A stretch of 64,000 nucleotides of DNA, taken from Rhynchopus sp. YZ270_cl-10. Its lineage: Eukaryota. The notes under the pieces are model-generated. The model saw only the letters and a list, made by a program, of their open reading frames with translations, had not been told where the DNA came from and did no database searches. Positions 59,099-64,000 of this stretch are shown here, in pieces (within the stretch, counting starts at the first letter, position 1; every line of letters begins with the position of its first letter). The stretch is taken from NCBI GenBank assembly GCA_964035575.1, contig OZ037843.1, positions 248,001 to 312,000 on the forward strand, given 5' to 3'. A program made the position numbers and the translations under genes.

Positions 59099-61168
59099 TC
59101 AATGCTCACACCTTACCCTGTAGCAGCCCGTACTGTGATCCTGCACAAGTAGGCTGTCCAGTGCAGACGGCACCGCCGTGCCCTCAAGAGGCACGAACAG
59201 ACACTCACCACGGTCGCGCACAGCCTCCGCACACAGCGTCCAGCTGCGACGTACTGTCCCCCCCATCACCGTCACAAAGCGTTGTGTCCTTGCCCCCACA
59301 TCACCATGCTGCACAGGGCCTGTCACGAAACCTGCGCCGTTCAGGATGCACTTTGCAAGCATGCGTTGTGCAAAGCGGACTGCGTTCTCCATGTGTGCAG
59401 GGGCAGAGCGGGTCACGTTCCACGACACACAGACACGGCTGCCAAGCACGGTGATGAGACTGCCACTGCTCTGCTCGAGGGAGACGGAGATGCTGGTGAG
59501 TGCCGCGTTCATGCTGTGGATGGCTGATGTGCTTGAGTCATCGACAGCTAACTCAGCAACACCGACGGTGGAGGAGGCGACACGTGTCGAGAGCTTCATG
59601 TGTGGTGACAACTGCGACACCACAGAGCTGCCACGTGCACTCGGTGACAGACGTGACACACGCAATGCTTGCTGCAACGGACGCCTGGCACGTGCCTCTA
59701 AGGATACAGGGCGCACACAGCACACAAACAAACCCCCAGACACACCCTTCAGTTCAAGTGCCTCCGTCTCACCCACAACACCACTGCACGCAGCACAGTC
59801 AGACGTCCACAGGTCAGAGGGCACAGCAACAGCTCCAGGCGTGCATGTGCTCTCAAGGCGCGACGCAACGTTCACAGTGTGTCCGAAGTAGTCTGTCCGT
59901 CCAGTGAGTGTGTTCTGTTCGACAGTCACAGGGCCGGTGTTGACACCAATGCGCACAGTGAGGCCACCCCACAGAGAGTCTTGTGGTGTGCAGATGGGTG
60001 CATCTTCAAGCAGCGACGCAGGCCAGTCTGCTGCGAGCAGCTTCTCGTGTACCTGCAGAGCAAAGTTGACTCCGTCTGCTGTTGTCTCGAAGGCAATCAT
60101 GAAGGCGTCGCCAATGGTTTTGACTTCGTACCCGCCGAACACAGCCATCACCTCCCGCATGACACGGTTGTGTATTTTCAGGCCGGCACTCATCCCGTCA
60201 GGTGCACACTCCCAGATCGACGTCGAGGCACGGATGTCTGTGAACACAATCGTTGCCGTCTCAGTCTCAAGCCCAGGTGGTGCCACAGATGTGTGCTGCA
60301 CACCGTCCACCTCATCCTCTTCAAACAGCGCAGCAGGGAGGTAGGGGCGGTACTTCCGCAGGTTCTCCTCCAACGTCTGCAGCGTTGCGCGCATCTCCTC
60401 TGGGAGCAACGTCTCTTGCGCCTCCAGCATGCGTGCCACGCCTTCCACGTCGTACCCAGCCAGGAGCGAGGCGATGTCCTGCACTGTTGCTATTGTACGC
60501 TGCATGGCTTCCTGCTCCTTCAACACACTGCGCGCAAAGCTACGTGTTGCGATGAAGTCTATCACGAAGACTTGGACTGCTGTGAAAATCTTACCAACAG
60601 ATGGGTTCGGACAGGGCAGGTCTGTGCAACCCAGATTTCTTTCCAACATGCTACGTCTGCCAAACTCACCCTCCTGTGGATAGAGCCCTGGCAGGTCCAG
60701 CAGCCCAAACCTGTACCTCTCCTCCATCGACAGCACCGCCAGCCACACCACCACTGCCACCACGAGACCCACACTGTACGTTGCATCCACCTGCATCACG
60801 AGGAGGAAGTCCACTACGAGCACCAGGTTCGCCCAGAACTCACCGCCATACGTCCGTGAGTTCAAATCAGAAACCATAAAGACTGCTGCAAAGACGTACG
60901 CCAAGCCGACAATAGCTGCAGTGTTGAGTGGCACCTTGCATAAGGTAAGTGTTACCCCACAGATGCAGGTGGCAATGGCGACGGTGCGTGTCACCAGCTG
61001 CACAGGGACAGCCAGCACCAGGCGCAGGTCGATGAAGGTGAGGAGTGCGAGGACCACCAGCGGGATGACGCTGAGCGTGAAGAACAGTCTCCGCTTCTGC
61101 AGCTGCACCCCGATGAGTGTCCCGTCCAGAGACAGCGCACTGTGCAGACATTGTGGAATGTGTTGCAT
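59099..61168 (-). CDS. Membrane adenylate cyclase (about 6 TM, intact class III domain, degenerate second domain)
   Basis: TATIVFTDIRASTSIWE, GYEVKTIGDAFMIAF, VRIGVNTG, DYFGHTVNVASRLES. The metal-binding Asp pair, ATP-specifying Lys/Asp and catalytic Asn/Arg are all present. Confidence 0.92.
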   Translation of the reverse strand: MQHIPQCLHSALSLDGTLIGVQLQKRRLFFTLSVIPLVVLALLTFIDLRLVLAVPVQLVTRTVAIATCICGVTLTLCKVPLNTAAIVGLAYVFAAVFMVSDLNSRTYGGEFWANLVLVVDFLLVMQVDATYSVGLVVAVVVWLAVLSMEERYRFGLLDLPGLYPQEGEFGRRSMLERNLGCTDLPCPNPSVGKIFTAVQVFVIDFIATRSFARSVLKEQEAMQRTIATVQDIASLLAGYDVEGVARMLEAQETLLPEEMRATLQTLEENLRKYRPYLPAALFEEDEVDGVQHTSVAPPGLETETATIVFTDIRASTSIWECAPDGMSAGLKIHNRVMREVMAVFGGYEVKTIGDAFMIAFETTADGVNFALQVHEKLLAADWPASLLEDAPICTPQDSLWGGLTVRIGVNTGPVTVEQNTLTGRTDYFGHTVNVASRLESTCTPGAVAVPSDLWTSDCAACSGVVGETEALELKGVSGGLFVCCVRPVSLEARARRPLQQALRVSRLSPSARGSSVVSQLSPHMKLSTRVASSTVGVAELAVDDSSTSAIHSMNAALTSISVSLEQSSGSLITVLGSRVCVSWNVTRSAPAHMENAVRFAQRMLAKCILNGAGFVTGPVQHGDVGARTQRFVTVMGGTVRRSWTLCAEAVRDRGECLFVPLEGTAVPSALDSLLVQDHSTGCYRVRCEH

Positions 61169-61562
61169 TGCTGTTGTGGAAATGGTGTGGATTCCCCCTG
61201 ATACACTGTTTGTGCGGCCCAACAAAAAATGAAAACGGAATCGGCTAAACTGGTGGCTAGGACAAGCTCGTCACCTGTGTCACGAGTGAGTGTCATTCTT
61301 GCACAGAATATTACCCTTTTGTATGGAGTGGTGTGGGGTGTGGGACACAGCTGGGAATGCATGGGCACTGTGGAGGAAAACAAGAATACCGACAGGGTAG
61401 TGTACATCGTGCCCAGCCTTCGTGTTGTTCTAGCATGTGAATACTAAAACTTGACGCTTGCACTGGGAAGAGTTGACAAAGAAAGAACGTAAGTTCCCCA
61501 TTGATACAAAAAACTCTTCAAAGAAACGTGCAACGCATACTAACACCCACGCCTTCTCGCCG

Positions 61563-63644
61563 CTAAAAAACTCTGTCCCGACTCTTTGCTAAAACAACCC
61601 TGTAGCAGCCCGTACTGTGATCCTGCACAAGTAGGCTGTCCAGTGCAGACGGCACCGCCGTGCCCTCAAGAGGCACGAACAGACACTCACCACGGTCGCG
61701 CACAGCCTCCGCACACAGCGTCCAGCTGCGACGTACTGTCCCCCCCATCACCGTCACAAAGCGTTGTGTCCTTGCCCCCACATCACCATGCTGCACAGGG
61801 CCTGTCACGAAACCTGCGCCGTTCAGGATGCACTTTGCAAGCATGCGTTGTGCAAAGCGGACTGCGTTCTCCATGTGTGCAGGGGCAGAGCGGGTCACGT
61901 TCCACGACACACAGACACGGCTGCCAAGCACGGTGATGAGACTGCCACTGCTCTGCTCGAGGGAGACGGAGATGCTGGTGAGTGCCGCGTTCATGCTGTG
62001 GATGGCTGATGTGCTTGAGTCATCGACAGCTAACTCAGCAACACCGACGGTGGAGGAGGCGACACGTGTCGAGAGCTTCATGTGTGGTGACAACTGTGGT
62101 GATGACTGCGATGACGACGCAGAGCTGCCACGTGCACTCGGTGACATATCTTGCAACGGACGCCTGGCACGTGCCTCTAACGATACAGGGCGCACACAGC
62201 ACACAAACAAACCCCCAGACACACCCTTCAGTTCAAGTGCCTCCGTCTCACCCACAACACCACTGCACGCAGCACAGTCAGACGTCCACAGGTCAGAAGG
62301 CACAGCAACAGCTCCAGGCGTGCATGTGCTCTCAAGACGTGACGCAATGTTGACGGTGTGTCCGAAGTAGTCTGTCCGTCCAGTGAGTGCGTTCTGCTCA
62401 AGAGTCACAGGGCCGGTGTTGACACCAATGCGCACAGTGAGGCCACCCCACAGAGAGTCTTGTGGTGTGCAGATGGGGACCTCAAGCAGTGACGCAGGCC
62501 AGTCTGCTGCAAGCAGCTTCTCGTGTACCTGCAGAGCAAAGTTGACTCCGTCCGCTGTTGTCTCGAAGGCAATCATGAAGGCGTCGCCAATGGTTTTTAC
62601 CTCGTACCCACCAAATACTTGCATCACCTCCCTCATGACACGGTTGTGGGTATGCAACGCAGCGCCCATCCCGTCAGGTGCACACTCCCAGATCGACGTC
62701 GAGGCACGGATGTCTGTGAACACAATCGTTGCTGTCCCACTCTCAAGCCCAGGTGGTGCCACAGATGTGTGCTGCACACCGTCCACCTCATCCTCCTCAA
62801 ACAGCGCAGCAGGGAGGTAGGGGCGGTACTTCCGCAGGTTCTCCTCCAACGTCTGCAGCGTTGCGCGCATCTCCTCTGGGAGCAACGTCTCTTGCGCCTC
62901 CAGCATGCGTGCCACGCCTTCCACGTCGTACCCAGCCAGGAGCGAGGCGATGTCCTGCACTGTTGCTATTGTACGCTGCATCGTTGCCTGCTCTTTCAGC
63001 ACACTGCGCGCAAAGCTACGTGTTGCGATGAAGTCTATCACGAAGACCTGGACTGCTGTGAAAACCCTACCGATGGACGGGTTCGGACAGGGCAGGTCTG
63101 TGCAACCCAGATTTCTTTCCAACATGCTACGTCTGCCAAACTCACCCTCCTGTGGATAGAGCCCTGGCAGGTCCAGCAGCCCAAACCTGTACCTCTCCTC
63201 CATCGACAGCACCGCCAGCCACACCACCACTGCCACCACGAGACCCACACTGTACGTTGCATCCACCTGCATCACGAGGAGGAAGTCCACTACGAGCACC
63301 AGGTTCGCCCAGAACTCACCGCCATACGTCCGTGAGTTCAAATCAGAAACCATGAAGACTGCTGCAAAGACGTACGCCAAGCCGACAATAGCTGCAGTGT
63401 TGAGTGGCACCTTGCATAAGGTAAGTGTTACCCCACAGATGCAGGTGGCGATGGCGACGGTGCGTGTCACCAGCTGCACAGGGACAGCCAGCACCAGGCG
63501 CAGGTCGCTGAGGCAGTAAAGTACGAGGATCACCAGCGGGACGACACTGAGCGTGAAGAACAGTGTCCGCTTCTGCAGCTGCACCCCGATGAGTGTCCCG
63601 TCCAGAGACAGCGCACTGTGCAGACATTGTGGAATGTGTTGCAT
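61563..63644 (-). CDS. Membrane adenylate cyclase (tandem paralog)
   Basis: 693 aa ORF with the same motifs (DYFGHTVNIASRLES). Confidence 0.92.
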   Translation of the reverse strand: MQHIPQCLHSALSLDGTLIGVQLQKRTLFFTLSVVPLVILVLYCLSDLRLVLAVPVQLVTRTVAIATCICGVTLTLCKVPLNTAAIVGLAYVFAAVFMVSDLNSRTYGGEFWANLVLVVDFLLVMQVDATYSVGLVVAVVVWLAVLSMEERYRFGLLDLPGLYPQEGEFGRRSMLERNLGCTDLPCPNPSIGRVFTAVQVFVIDFIATRSFARSVLKEQATMQRTIATVQDIASLLAGYDVEGVARMLEAQETLLPEEMRATLQTLEENLRKYRPYLPAALFEEDEVDGVQHTSVAPPGLESGTATIVFTDIRASTSIWECAPDGMGAALHTHNRVMREVMQVFGGYEVKTIGDAFMIAFETTADGVNFALQVHEKLLAADWPASLLEVPICTPQDSLWGGLTVRIGVNTGPVTLEQNALTGRTDYFGHTVNIASRLESTCTPGAVAVPSDLWTSDCAACSGVVGETEALELKGVSGGLFVCCVRPVSLEARARRPLQDMSPSARGSSASSSQSSPQLSPHMKLSTRVASSTVGVAELAVDDSSTSAIHSMNAALTSISVSLEQSSGSLITVLGSRVCVSWNVTRSAPAHMENAVRFAQRMLAKCILNGAGFVTGPVQHGDVGARTQRFVTVMGGTVRRSWTLCAEAVRDRGECLFVPLEGTAVPSALDSLLVQDHSTGCYRVVLAKSRDRVF

Positions 63645-64000
63645 ATGGGAAGGGAGTGTCTGGGGATGTGGTGTGTGGGGTATGGGAGCTCAGCTGGGAA
63701 TGCACGGCACTCTAAATAAGTGGGGAGGGATGTCTGTTTGTGGCGTTATTTTTTTTTTTTTTTTTTTTTTGTAGGGGATTTGCTTCCAAAAACCCAGTGC
63801 TTGCTTGCTTTGCTTATTCCGCAAACCCGTAAACGGGTTTGCTTTATTGGGCTTCAGATCATCAATGCATAGTGCACACCACGCCATTTGGTATACATTC
63901 ACAGTGCGCACTGCATAATGTATGTGGTCTGTGGGGGCAACTGCAAAACCCTCTTTTTCCCTTTTTTTGTTGTGTCGACAATCACCTGCTAGTGCAGGAT

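Noticed and set aside
50113..63335. Numerous plus-strand ORFs of 100-330 aa overlapping the cyclase, kinase and membrane genes
   Set aside because: Antisense shadows of GC-rich coding sequence with no recognisable motifs.

Overview
Eukaryotic nuclear DNA, most consistent with a euglenozoan, diplonemid-like protist. This is an inference from three things: all 14 genes or pseudogenes lie on the minus strand, only one short cis-intron was found, and the class III cyclases are of the kinetoplastid/fungal type. There are three tandem paralog arrays. (i) Two multi-pass membrane proteins with an internal ubiquitin-like domain, one carrying an in-frame TAG. (ii) A four-member modular cluster built from ZZ, TBCC/RP2-like, Mib-HERC2, ankyrin and non-RD kinase modules; its ankyrin repeats have an almost invariant scaffold but hypervariable binding-surface residues. 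(iii) Six membrane adenylate-cyclase-family genes: two intact, two disrupted and two with only a degenerate cyclase domain. A Ubl-LRR gene and EIPR1/TSSC1 are also present. Intergenic DNA is a mosaic of nested non-autonomous transposons: a 6 kb hAT-like element with perfect TIR/TSD, a deleted Tc1 with a visible empty site, a foldback-like insert, MITE arrays, decayed Helitron Rep fragments, and satellites. The most interesting candidate system is a diversifying, domain-shuffled ankyrin-sensor/non-RD-kinase family. No rRNA, tRNA or CRISPR array was found. All alignments were done by eye and no database searches were run.
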